Positions 1-11,660 of a stretch of 64,000 nucleotides of DNA are shown here, one piece after another (the stretch's first letter is position 1; each line of letters opens with the position of its first letter). The notes below the pieces were generated by a model. It was not told where the DNA came from, did not search any database, and was given only the letters and a program-made list of their open reading frames with translations. Position numbers and translations under genes: made by a program. The stretch comes from Macrostomum lignano (taxonomy: Eukaryota). Location: positions 253,963 to 317,962 of the forward strand of contig NIVC01001298.1 of the NCBI GenBank assembly GCA_002269645.1, given 5' to 3'.

Positions 1-125
1 CCCCCTCCCGTGTCTCCCTCTTCGTCCTCCCGTGTCTCCCTCTCTCCCCTCCCGTGTCTCCCTCTCTCCCCTCCCGTGTCTCCCTCTCTCCCCCTCCCGT
101 GTCTCCCTCTTTCCTCCTCCCGTGT
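1..125. repeat. CT-rich minisatellite (~22 bp unit CTCCCTCTCTCCCCTCCCGTGT), cut by the window edge
   Basis: Tandem copies are directly visible. Confidence 0.85.
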
Positions 126-996
126 CTCCACCCCCTGCAATACCTGGTTTTAATAGCGAGTCAGTTGAAATTTGGAATCAAATCCTCTGAACCGCAGGTT
201 TCCCGAAGAGACCAGCGTCTGAGTCCTGAGCAGATGTTCATTCGGAATTCGACCATCATTCTGACTGTGAGTAAAGCATGTGGCGACTCCTAAAAGTACA
301 TGATGTACTTGAACTTTATATGGAAAAAATAATCATAAAAAACTTGCATTTACTATTTGTACTAACTTTTGTAAATAGCAGCCGGATAAGGTGTCTTTTA
401 TAAGCGTAGTTTTATTCATAGAAGAGTTCAAAGTTACAGTTTTACGTAACAAATTTTATTTGTGTAAACTTTTTATTTATGACTTACTTTGGCATCCAAA
501 TTTCAACCGTTTTTTGATAATTACTGGTATTTAGCCTTGCGCTCAACTTGCTAACTTTAAAATTAGAAAGACAAGTTTGCCAAACAACAGTTTTTATCAA
601 GAGTCGTTTTTTTTCGTTTAAAACGAAGTCTCATTCCGTTTTTATATATTTGTATAATTTTATTTTGTTCTACATGCAGCTGTCTCTATTTAGATCTGTC
701 TTCTTCCCAATCGCTTTGATCGTGGCTTGCCCTTTTTTATAATAAATATAAAGAGTTCCAAAAGTTGACTATTTACTGTTTATATTATAGATCTCAAGCT
801 CTTTCTAAAGAGTCTGGTGTGTTTCTTAGAAACTGGTCAGTTTTGTTAATTACCTTCATTTCTATTGCATTGTACGTATTGACTGTAGTTCATCTGCGAG
901 CAATCAGCTCTGAGACTGCATTTTCACAGGTTACTCATTGAATTCATAATCTCTAGTTGGAGTCATTTTTCTCATCGTTTTTAATCTGTTAAATCC

Positions 997-1955
997 ATTG
1001 TCATTCACCTATATCCTTGTCATTCACCTATATCTATTGTCATTCACCTGTATCCATTGTCATTCACCTATATCCTTGTCATTCACCTATATCCATTGTC
1101 ATTCACCTGTATCCATTGTCATTCACCTATATCCATTGTCATTCACCTATATCCTTGTCATTCACCTATATCCATTGTCATTCACCTATATCCTTGTCAT
1201 TCACCTATATCTATTGTCATTCACCTGTATCCATTGTCATTCACCTATATCCATTGTCATTCACCTATATCCTTGTCATTCACCTATATCTATTGTCATT
1301 CACCTGTATCCATTGTCATTCACCTATATCCTTGTCATTCACCTATATCCATTGTCATTCACCTGTATCCATTGTCATTCACCTGTATCCATTGTCATTC
1401 ACCTATATCCATTGTCATTCACCTATATCCATGTCATTCACCTATATCCATGTCATTCACCTATATCCATTGTCATTCACCTGTATCCATTGTCATTCAC
1501 CTGTATCCATTGTCATTCACCTATATCCATGTCATTCACCTATCCATGTCATTCACCTATATCCATTGTCATTCATCTATATCCATTGTCATTCATCTAT
1601 ATCCATTGTCATTCACCTATATCCATTGTCATTCACCTATATCCATTGTCATTCACCTATATTCATGTCATTCACCTATATCCATTGTCATTCACCTGTA
1701 TCCATTGTCATTCACCTATATACATTGTCATTCACCTATATCCATGTAATTCAACTATATCCATGTCATTCACCTATATCCTTGTCATTCACCTATATTC
1801 ATGTCATTCACCTATATCCATTGTCATTCACCTATATCCATTGTCATTTACCTATATCCATTGCCATTCATTTATATCCATTGTCATTCACCTGTATCCA
1901 TTGTCATTCACCTATATACATTGTCATTCACCTATATCCATGTCATTCACCTATA
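997..1955. repeat. 20 bp minisatellite (CATTGTCATTCACCTATATC, with 19 bp variants)
   Basis: About 48 visible tandem units. The same unit resumes at 11051-11165, so the array was split by an insertion. Confidence 0.95.
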
Positions 1956-4209
1956 TGATGTAACCACGCTCTGGTCGCGGGATAGGGCATGGGAACTTTT
2001 TCGAAAGTGCCTCCTATCCCGTGCACCCTCTGCACAGAGCTGTCGAGACTCGGCCAGGTCTCCGACCGGGCCGGGAGACTCCCGCTCTGCTGCACCCCTC
2101 CTGCTGCCTTGGTCCCGTCTCTCCTGCCGCCACACCTGCCTTTCCGGAGCCCCCTACCCCTTTCTGTACCTCCCCCTCTACCCTATCTCTTCTGTTTCCG
2201 CCCTATTCTTCCTGTACTTTCTCTATCTCCTCTCTTTTTTGTCTCCCTCTGCACTCTTTTCCTGCGCTGCCCCCTCCCTCTCTGTGTCTACTTACAGTAT
2301 TTGGTGTGCTCACCGTCTCCCCATCCCCTCCCAAACTCCCAAACGGTGACGCAAGTCGTGTGACCCCTTCTTCCCCCCGATGACTCATCGATGACTCATC
2401 CCCCTCTCTTGCGCAACATTTTCTCACGCCATTGTTCTCCTCCCCAAATTTCTCATGCGACACCCACCCCACCTCCGCTTCTATTGTTCTCGTTTTTGCT
2501 TCTTTTGTTCTCTCGACCCCCACCAATTATCACATTTTCTCCGATTTTCTCTTTCTTTTGTTCTCGTTTTCACACCTAATTATCACCTTTTCTCCAATGT
2601 TTACTTTTCCATTGTTCTCAGTTTTCCCCAATTATCCCCGATTTCCAATTCCTTTGTTCTCGACCCCAGCCCTATTGTTCTCAATGTTTGCTTGCGCAAC
2701 ACTTTCGCGACCACCCGCTGCGCCAATTATCCCCCCACCCCACCTCCGGATTGCGCAATTTCCCTATTTCTCATGTTGCTATGCCGGTCTCATGCTTCTC
2801 ATCATGACTCATTCTGACGTCATTCTGCCGGCAGCCAATCAGAGAGAGGGAGCCATGGTAACGACCTTGAGGAGGCGGCTGTGAGGTCTATAAAAGGAAG
2901 CGATTTCGGCATGAGAATCGTCAACTCTCGCGTTCTACGCTTCAACTTTTCGCCTCTTTGGGCTTGCCGTCAGACTGAGTTCTGACCCATTCGTCTATAA
3001 GACGAATCCCTGCCGGTCCGCGGTCTGTCACCGCCAAGTTATCCTTAGCTCCCCAAGTGAGCTCGCCTATCGCCCTACTCTCTTATCATGGATAAATCAT
3101 CTATGATCCATGATCCATTGATAAATCATGCATGTTCATGGTATTTTCATGCATGGATTTTTAAAACTTTCCATGGTAAAATCATCCATGTCAGGGAGTT
3201 CATACGGGAAAATAAATAACTAAGCTTATAAAAAATTTCAGGCTATTTTATGTATATCTAATAAAGTTTTAAATATATTTAATAAAAGCGAAATTGTAAA
3301 TACAAAAAATAGTTTAATAAATTTGTTAAAATCTTCACCTACAAATTGCTTTGAATATATTACCAGCAATTTTGTTGGCCATTTTGTTTCGGTTTAGTTA
3401 ATTACGGACTTAACTTCCCATAAACATAAATTACTAGGCCTATTTTTCCTTTCTAAGAGGACTCTGTCACTCTTGCATGTTGTCATCATTTCATTATGTG
3501 TCACTATGTGCTATGTTTATGTTTATGTTTTTTCTTAGCTATATACTTCCAGTTCCACTTTTGGTAGCTAGTTTTAAAATTCGGTGGCTTGTAAGGTTTT
3601 TTGACATGCTAATTTTGATCTTCACTCCTTCAGTGAAAATTGTATTTGTAGATATATTAGAAAATAGAAACCCTATTATATATTATATTTGGGATGCAAA
3701 GATAACCTATAGGGGTTAGATGTATATTTTTGAATGATATTTTGCTGCATTTTTATAATGATAGGTTGGCCTAACCAAAGCCAAAGGCCTAGTCTAAAGT
3801 GGCATCCTAGACCTAGGCCATAGCCTAATGATAAAAATCACATGGTAGGCTGACAGTTTCAAAATAATAAAAAATAATAGTATATTATGGTAATTGGTAC
3901 TTAATTTCGAGACCTTTCATGTCCTTTGTATCTAATATACAGTCTATAATCAAAACTAGACTAGACTAGGCCCAATTAGGCCTAATATTGTCTACTTTGT
4001 ATCAGAAAATCCACAATGGCACAACTTTATAATTATAGGCCTATATATAGGGCCTAGGCCTTATATTATAATTTTTATTTAAAATCATAGGGGCCTAGGG
4101 TCCCTACATTAAATTTTTTTTATATACAATTCTAATTGGTTTGTCATTGGCCTCTTGATTGATTCTTCAAACCTTATCTCCTTGTGAAACTTTTTCAGAA
4201 CAAATTGTT

Positions 4210-6160
4210 ATGGATGATATTGGATTAAGTGCATCTAATTCTAGGCCTCTTCGAAAGCAGACAAAAAGTACTTCTAAATTTGGAAATGACAATTCAGCAT
4301 TGTTTTTCTGCTTTATTCTTCACAATGTTGGCCATGATGAGCAATATGTGACCATTGCATTTGGGTCTCCCTATTGGCCAAGTACAATAACTAATGATGA
4401 AAAGTTGGAACTTGCACAAGTAAGATTTTAAGTTGGATTTATATGCATAATATTTTGTTATTGAGTACATGGTTTCTAAAACAAATTATTCCAACTACAA
4501 ATGTAATATTACTTTATTAAATTATATTTTAGGGGACTAAAGTCTTTTTACGCATGTATGGCAAACTATTTTCTGCTACACTTGTGGCAAAAGGTAGTGA
4601 AAGGCAAATGGCTTCAACTATGAACCAACTTTCCAACTTGGTTAGTGAGGCTGAAAATACTGATTCATTGATTAGCCAAGCTATTGAGCTTTTTGCAATG
4701 AAAGATCCCCAAGCTGGCATTGCAAATGTAAGGACAATAAGGTCATCTAGTTCAAAGCAGGTTGCTTCAAGTTCTAGTTGTCATCAGCATGGACTACTTG
4801 ACGAGCTTTATGAAGTGGATAGTGAAAGTGGCGAACCAAATTTGGCGATACCAGCTACTCAATCAATGGGTAAAACTGCAATATATATGAACTATTAATT
4901 GTTTGCAATTTGTTTTTTTTGTTGTATTATTTGATTAATTATTATTTTTTAGAAAAAGCCATTTCTGCATTTGAGAGAGAGGCATCTTTGGTTGAAAATG
5001 AGCAAGCTCGTGCCACAGGCCTCTTGGAATCAAGTTTGTATATTCTATTACACCTAATTGAAAACCAAATACCAAATGAGTCAATATTTTTGTAGCAATA
5101 AGCCTTTTTTATCACTAGGTGCAATTCAAGAAGTGCAACCCCTCCGAGGGGTACAGATAGTAAACAGTGAATCGGATGCAACAATGAAAGGTATAATTTT
5201 ATTTTTTTAATATGATACAATCACATTATTAAAAATCAAAATCACCATATTTTTATATATGAGCATATATCTTACTCTAGATCTAAAACTGTTCATTCAA
5301 TCCGAGTTGCTTTCTCTTGAGAAGCGTCTTGCTGCAAGGATATGCCGACTTTTAAAAAAGGATGACAACTTTGGTGGAATGCTAACAATTAAAGAATACC
5401 AAAATGAGGTATGTCAGTTTTTTCTTAGCATCAGCAGCATCACGTCTGTAGTATAAAAGTTCTACTATATAATAACATTTTTTAGGAATTTAGGTGCATT
5501 GATGGTTCCCTAGCTGAGCTGTCTTCAATTCTTTGCAACGATCCTAAGGTGTTCCTCCGAAGGTATATCAAGCTGCGATTTGGCGAAGGCTACTTGCTTG
5601 AGCATATAATCGATTCATCCTGTGGTGCTCGCAGTTCCCGAAGGCCTGCTCCATCTGAGCATGTGACAGAGTTTCAACGTAAATATATATATATAATTTT
5701 TTCACAGTTTTGTGCAATTTTTTTATTATAAAGCAATTTAGGCTAATTAATGCTAAATGATCTGAATCCAATACTTGGGATATTTTCTAAAAAAACACAT
5801 TTAGGTCTGAGATAAAAGAAATTGAGGAAAAATAGTTCTAAAGTTCAATACATCCCATTGACCTATTTAATGATTAGCATCATAAATCAACTTCCTTTTA
5901 AATTTAGCCTATTTCTACTATAAACACAGTACACAATGTCTATTGTAAAAATATTTTACTATACTCGTGAATTTTCAGGTTTGCTTCAATTGTGCTATCG
6001 AACATCTGGCTACGACTTCCACGAAATCTGGAAGTCTGTACGAGACCATCTCAATCAGCTGGCCAGGGAGGAGACACGGGCGAGAAAGCGAACTTCAACT
6101 GCTGCTTCTGGACCCGAGTCAGGGGATTCCATTTCCCGCTCAAGGCGAATGGGACCGTGA
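4210..6160 (+). CDS. EnSpm accessory protein (~400 aa, 7 exons) with a C-terminal BEN-like domain
   Basis: Exons 4210-4419, 4533-4869, 4953-5033, 5119-5190, 5281-5408, 5486-5678 and 5979-6160 all have GT-AG boundaries with compatible phases (1203 nt). The C-terminus PKVFLRRYIKLRFGEGYLLEH...YDFHEIWKSVRDHLNQLAREETRARKR fits the BEN helical pattern. An extra upstream exon is possible. Confidence 0.75.
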
Positions 6161-6209
6161 ATTGCGGAAAAAATTCTAGTAACTTTTGAATATTTGAATT
6201 GCTATTTTT

Positions 6210-8510
6210 ATGTCTAGTAAATCAGAATCTGAGCACTCTCTTTCTACTAATTACTCAGCCTACTCTTGTCAGGCGATTTCTTCTCCCTCAAATAGTTTTT
6301 CTACAAGTAATAGGAGTTCAATTTCAAGCGAAGCCGGTGTAACGCACTCGCACAGCTGTCCTGACGCTGTGGAAACTTTTATTGGTGAAAACAATGCTGT
6401 GCCTGTGCTTGAGGAGAGTTCAGATAGCTTAGCGAATTTGGCTTCCATCTCAGATCCCAGTGTGCAGGCGGCTCTGATTTTTCAGTGGGCAATTACTTCC
6501 GGAGTTTCAGAGGCTGCTCTTGATAGACTCCTGAAGCTACTTTCTATTTTTAGTAGAGATTCTCTAGCTCTTCCAAATAGCGTCAAGTTGCTCAAATCAT
6601 TGATTCAAGATACTTGCCCTCTTGATGATAGTGACGTGTCTGAATTTGGCTTTTGCCCAGAATGCAAAAGCCAGTGTCAGGTTCATTCCCCAAAGTCAAA
6701 GGTTGCTGTGACACAGCTCAATATTGTTCCACAGCTGCGGACTATCTTAAGCAGCCACACTTCAACTATTCTGCAGTATGAGCAAGAATTGCAAAAGGAT
6801 AAAAACACAGACGTTTTGAATTCCAAAATAGTTAAAGAACAAGGCTTAAGCCTATCTTCTGGCAAGTCGCTTCACTTGCATCTTCTAATCTCAGCTGATG
6901 GCGCCAATTTTTTTGAATCTGTTCAGAGTAGCTTTTGGCCATTTCAGGCTCAACTTCTAAACCTTCCTGTTTACATCCGTCAACGCTTTGCAAATTTAAT
7001 TCTAATTGCTCTTGTTTCATCGAAGGCAGTCCCGCATTTCCAGTCTTTTCTGTCTGAAATTATGAACAATTTGCCAAAACAGTTTATATTCTCGGAATAC
7101 ACCGTTCATGTCCATTACACACTCTTTGTTTGTGACTTGCCCGCTCTTGCTAAGCTCTTCTGCATTCACCAGTACAATGGTGCGTTTAGCTGTCCTAGGT
7201 GCTTGCACCCAGGTGAGAGCTTTAAAGTATCCGAGAAAGGTAAAAACTGGATCTTCCGCTATGGTGAAGGCTACTTGTTTCCTTTGAGAAACCCATCTTC
7301 CCATCTTGAACACTGTCGGCTCGCACAAATTCGAAATCGGCCTGTTTTTGGCGTAAAGATGCGCAGTTGCTTGTTAGACTATGTTCCGTTTCCCAGCTGC
7401 AATCCTATTGACAGTTTACACTGCTTTTTCGAAGGCCACACCAAGTATCTACTAGAAGAGCTGTCATTACCTGCAAACAGGCGCGAGTTGTATTTTTGCT
7501 CAGCTAATTGCATGGATTTCATATCTAATTGTATTCGTCAATCTATAACTCCTTCTAGCATCACAATCAACACAAATTTTAAAGGCTTTTCAGATTGGAA
7601 AGCAAAGCATTTTAAAAACTTTGCGCTATACTTTCTTCTTCCTACGTTTTTGCAGAGAATTTCGCATTTTCCATTGAAACTGCTGTTAACTAATTTAGTT
7701 CTTATTTATCACATGTTGTATAGCCCCCAATCAAATAAGACTGATATCGAAAAGCTATGCAAAGCTTTTATCTCCAATGCTCAGCAAATATTCGGACCGA
7801 AAGTACTCCGCCTTAATTTCCACCTGCTTTTGCATATGGCTGAACAGTACGAATTGTACGGACCTGTATTTAATTATTCTATGTTCGCATTTGAGAGCTC
7901 CATTGGCATGTTCAAAAAGTTCTTATGCGGAACTGTGTCATTTGGCCCACAGCTTGTTCGCAAGTTTTTGTTTCAAAAGTTGCTACATCACTACTTTTCT
8001 TGTGTTAAGGACTCTATTGTAGTGGATGCAGTTAACTCTATATCTTTAGAGCCATCCAGGCCACATGGTATTCTTCGAAACTCACTTGCTTATTTTAATG
8101 GACATTTTTTCTCGACAAGCTCAGCTTGTGCGTCGAAAAATTCTAACCATCTTTGCCAATTGAAGTCCGGCGAAATCTGCACTATTGCAGAGTTCCTCGA
8201 GCCTAATACTATTCGAGTGCAAATTTTGGATCCCATTGGTTCGCTGTTTGATTTTGTTTTACGAGTACCAGCAGCAACTTTCCCCATCGATTTACTTAAT
8301 TGGAAAGCATTGCTGGAATCCATGTTCAAAAAGTCTTCGACATTCAATTTTGTATTGATATCCCTGTCTAATGCGCCCAGATCGGCCAGACGCGAACGTA
8401 TAGTTAATTTTTCAGAGGTCGATCGACCCTGCATCGCTGTTCCAGTAGAATCGTTCAGCAAAGACTGTTATTGCGCTGTGCCATTGTTCAAAGAGTTTGA
8501 ACATGATTAA
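6210..8510 (+). CDS. EnSpm/CACTA-type DDE transposase (766 aa)
   Basis: Uninterrupted ORF with ISADG, SFWP..LLNLP..R, CDLPA, NG.FSCP.C, DSLH..EG, NFH.LLH, LYGP and YSMFAFES motifs typical of Transposase_21/CACTA proteins. Confidence 0.92.
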   Translation: MSSKSESEHSLSTNYSAYSCQAISSPSNSFSTSNRSSISSEAGVTHSHSCPDAVETFIGENNAVPVLEESSDSLANLASISDPSVQAALIFQWAITSGVSEAALDRLLKLLSIFSRDSLALPNSVKLLKSLIQDTCPLDDSDVSEFGFCPECKSQCQVHSPKSKVAVTQLNIVPQLRTILSSHTSTILQYEQELQKDKNTDVLNSKIVKEQGLSLSSGKSLHLHLLISADGANFFESVQSSFWPFQAQLLNLPVYIRQRFANLILIALVSSKAVPHFQSFLSEIMNNLPKQFIFSEYTVHVHYTLFVCDLPALAKLFCIHQYNGAFSCPRCLHPGESFKVSEKGKNWIFRYGEGYLFPLRNPSSHLEHCRLAQIRNRPVFGVKMRSCLLDYVPFPSCNPIDSLHCFFEGHTKYLLEELSLPANRRELYFCSANCMDFISNCIRQSITPSSITINTNFKGFSDWKAKHFKNFALYFLLPTFLQRISHFPLKLLLTNLVLIYHMLYSPQSNKTDIEKLCKAFISNAQQIFGPKVLRLNFHLLLHMAEQYELYGPVFNYSMFAFESSIGMFKKFLCGTVSFGPQLVRKFLFQKLLHHYFSCVKDSIVVDAVNSISLEPSRPHGILRNSLAYFNGHFFSTSSACASKNSNHLCQLKSGEICTIAEFLEPNTIRVQILDPIGSLFDFVLRVPAATFPIDLLNWKALLESMFKKSSTFNFVLISLSNAPRSARRERIVNFSEVDRPCIAVPVESFSKDCYCAVPLFKEFEHD

Positions 8511-8849
8511 AAAGGTACGAGTATGTGTCCGTACCTTAGATCCGATTATTTTATTATTAATGCTGCAAAGTCTGGCAGAAAATAAAATTATGCTCCATGA
8601 CCAAGATAAAACCATCAGGGAATCAGAATAACTTTCCAGATGCCCAACTTCCTCCCTCTCAGACTCCCACCGTTACCTCTCTTTGTCCGATCTCTCCATA
8701 TTCAAAATCTCCAAGTTTCTGTGCGCAAATAATTGACTAATGCAGCATTAACTTCGTTTCGTAAAGGATTAGTCGGCCCTTGCCCTTAATGCGTACCGAA
8801 TTCGGCTAATTCTATTTATTGACTGTTCAGTAAAATTTACTGTTTTATT

Positions 8850-9530
8850 TTTTCTTACAGTACCTTGAAATGCGTCAAATTCTGTCTATTCTGTATCTTA
8901 AAGCTCTCTGAGCTGTTTTATTTTTTCTTACAGTACCTTGAAATGCGTCAAATTCTGTCTATTCTGTATTTTAAAGCTCTCTGAGCTGTTTTATTTTTTC
9001 TTACAGTACCTTGAAATGCGTCAAATTCTGTCTATTCTGTATTTTAAAGCTCTCTGAGCTGTTTTATTTTTTCTTACAGTACCTTGAAATGCGTCAAATT
9101 CTGTCTATTCTGTATTTTAAAGCTCTCTGAGCTGTCTTATTTTTTCTTACAGTACCTTGAAATGCGTCAAATTCTGTCTATTCTGTATCTTAAAGCTCTC
9201 TGAGCTGTTTTATTTTTCTTACAGTACCTTGAAATGCGTCAAATTCTGTCTATTCTGTATTTTAAAGCTCTCTGAGCTGTTTTATTTTTTCTTACAGTAC
9301 CTTGAAATGCGTCAAATTCTGTCTATTCTGTATTTTAAAGCTCTCTGAGCTGTTTTATTTTTTCTTACAGTACCTTGAAATGCGTCAAATTCTGTCTATT
9401 CTGTATTTTAAAGCTCTCTGAGCTGTCTTATTTTTTCTTACAGTACCTTGAAATGCGTCAAATTCTGTCCATTCTGTATTTTAAAGCTCTCTGAGACTGA
9501 GCTGTCTTATTTTTTCTTACAGTACTTTGA
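8850..9530. repeat. 73 bp tandem array (~9 copies) inside the 3' end of the EnSpm element
   Basis: Unit CAGTACCTTGAAATGCGTCAAATTCTGTCTATTCTGTATTTTAAAGCTCTCTGAGCTGTTTTATTTTTTCTTA; period confirmed at 8931 and 9004. Confidence 0.95.
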
Positions 9531-11050
9531 AATGAATTATGCCTAATTATCATTAATAATATAAGTCTCGAAATGGTCATCATACGAGTTTTCAATTACT
9601 TCTACATTTAATTGCATAAGTATTTGTTCTGATACTTTTTTGTTTTGAAAGTGATTTATAAGGGAATGGAAACATATTTCTCAGCAGCACTAAAGATGCT
9701 GCCGAATTTGTTTAGAAAATTTCAGCTTTAAAATGAACCTACGCAAACATTGCGTTCTACTAACAGTAGTGTAGTAAGGAAAATTATATTTAAAATCATA
9801 CATCAATGTACATGGATGGAAAGTAACCATGGATGAAGTTTACGTGGAACCATGTATGATCAGGTATGGCTCCATACATGTTCAGGTATGATCCATACAT
9901 GGCATCATGGATGCTTCATCCATGATTTATCCATGCAAGGAGAGTAGGGCGGCCAGCGGTCTGATACCGCCCAGCATCATCAGCATCGCCTGATCTACAT
10001 CAGCACCTCGTCGCTCCAGCGCATCGCCGCTTCACTGTCTGCCTGACTGCAGCCTACAGCCACCCTCGGTCACTCCGCCTCACTCTCTCTCTGTGCAGCT
10101 GCCGGTAAGTTCCTGTTACTAACTGGTGCTCTGATTGCCTTTGCTTATCCGGGGTTTGCCTATTTTCCATTGTCTGATTAGAGAGCTGAGCCAATTGTGA
10201 TACCGTATCTTTTGCTGTATTTTACTCAATAGTGAAGCCGCCTAATTGCCTGATTATTCGCCTAAGGGCCTAATTATTAACTATTAACTAACTTCATCAT
10301 TATTCCATCTTTCACCATCATTTAACTCATGGCTTGCTAAGCCTTTCTCCCGGGGTGGCAAAGCATAAGGAAGTTTGGGTAAGCTAATGGCCTCTCCCCG
10401 TGCAAAGCCCGCCTGTGAGTGCGTGCTGCGGGGCCGCGTGTGCGTGCAGTAGAGGGATTAGCGAGTCTTGGCACGGAATGGCAGTAGGAAGGTTGCAACC
10501 CCATGCGAACGCGTCCCTTCGTCCTGAGCAATCTAAACTAGAGACAGTACATGTTCGCCTCATACTACTCTTAGTAATCAAAGTCGCAAGTCAGCCTCGC
10601 TCACAGCCACAAAGGATCCCCTGCTGAGAAATCCTCCAGGATTGAGCCCAGAGTTCCCGATCATGCCCCAAGCAGAGTCCCTGTACTCGGCTGCATGCGT
10701 CTCCCCTGTTAGCCTAAATCCCCTGGTAACCAATCCAGGCGGGCTCTAGCCTCGAGAGGTCTGGTAGAAAGATCCAGGTGCGCCAGGTCACATAGAGTGG
10801 TGGCAGCCACTCGGTCATACCATGACCGAGTGACCAACTATTGCACCTTGGCTACAGGTGGGGTCCATGTGGGTCCTTGGCCCTCTGGTCACGAAGCGCT
10901 ACCAAAGCTACTAATCATGTGGGCGGGACAGTCTGGTGCTGGAGGTCCGTCAGGTCGTTGCCCGGTCATAGGCAGTCTACGGTCATTGCCCCCTCTAGTC
11001 ATGCGTTCGTCTCTCTATGGAGCGGACAGGCGACAAGGGCGGTTACATCA

Positions 11051-11165
11051 TATATCCTTGTCATTCACCTATATTCATGTCATTCACCTATATCCATTGT
11101 CATTCACCTATATTTATTATCGATCATTCACCTCTCTTCATTGTCATTCACCTATATTCGTTATC
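11051..11165. repeat. Continuation of the 20 bp minisatellite at 997-1955
   Basis: Same TCATTCACCTATAT unit, more degenerate. Confidence 0.9.
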
Positions 11166-11173
11166 ATCTACTT

Positions 11174-11530
11174 GGGGGGGCCGTAGCCCAGCGGTCTAGC
11201 GCAGGCTCTGGTGTGCCAGCGGCCCAGGCTCGATTTCTAGTGCAGTCACATTAATTTGGGGCTGAATTGGAATCTTGGCTTGGCTCTGCTCGTGTAATTA
11301 ACGACCTTGAGAGCCAACCAAGTGAAGTGTACATGCCTAACCATAATATAAAGTTAGGGCCGCTGTACACTCCTGTGTGAGTGTGTGCCTGCGTACGTAT
11401 CCGCGCGCTTGTGTGCCTGCTCAGGGGAGTCGACGGAATGGGCAGTAATGCCTCTCGCCGGTTGTGTGCCAATGTCGTTGGGTGTTGTTGGGTGCATACA
11501 ACCCCGCTGCCTCTAATAAAAAAAAATAAA
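11174..11530 (+). mobile_element. Probable tRNA-derived SINE
   Basis: A-box-like TAGCCCAGCGG, B-box-like GGCTCGATTTC, and an A-rich tail at ~11515-11530. Confidence 0.5.
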
Positions 11531-11660
11531 AGAGGGCCCACTTTGTAATACTTTTATTCAATAAGTTTATTTAATGCAATCGGTTGGCCAAACAACAGAT
11601 CGAAAATTTGTCATTTATCAACCTCAATTCACAAACGTGCGTCTGCTAATTTCAATTCAA

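Larger units (their letters stand above)
3073..9949 (+). mobile_element. EnSpm/CACTA (CMC superfamily) DNA transposon, apparently full length
   Basis: TIRs are CCCTACTCTCTTATCATGGATAAATCAT and ATGATTTATCCATGCAAGGAGAGTAGGG, with a 2 bp CG TSD (3071-3072 and 9950-9951). Clustered subterminal CATGGA/TCCATG motifs occur at both ends. It encodes a transposase and a second spliced gene. Confidence 0.9.
1956..11050 (+). mobile_element. LTR-like element (probable solo LTR or non-autonomous TG..CA element, ~2.2 kb without the nested EnSpm)
   Basis: Begins TGATGTAACC (1956) and ends GGTTACATCA (11050), a perfect 10 bp inverted terminus. TATA at 1952-1955 and 11051-11054 is a 4 bp TSD, and removing the element restores the satellite unit CACCTATATCC. 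CCAAT (~2833) and TATAAAAG (~2889) boxes lie inside. No coding capacity of its own. Confidence 0.75.

Noticed and set aside
998-1963. 200-320 aa ORFs in several frames
   Set aside because: Translations of the 20 bp satellite; periodic peptides with no domain.
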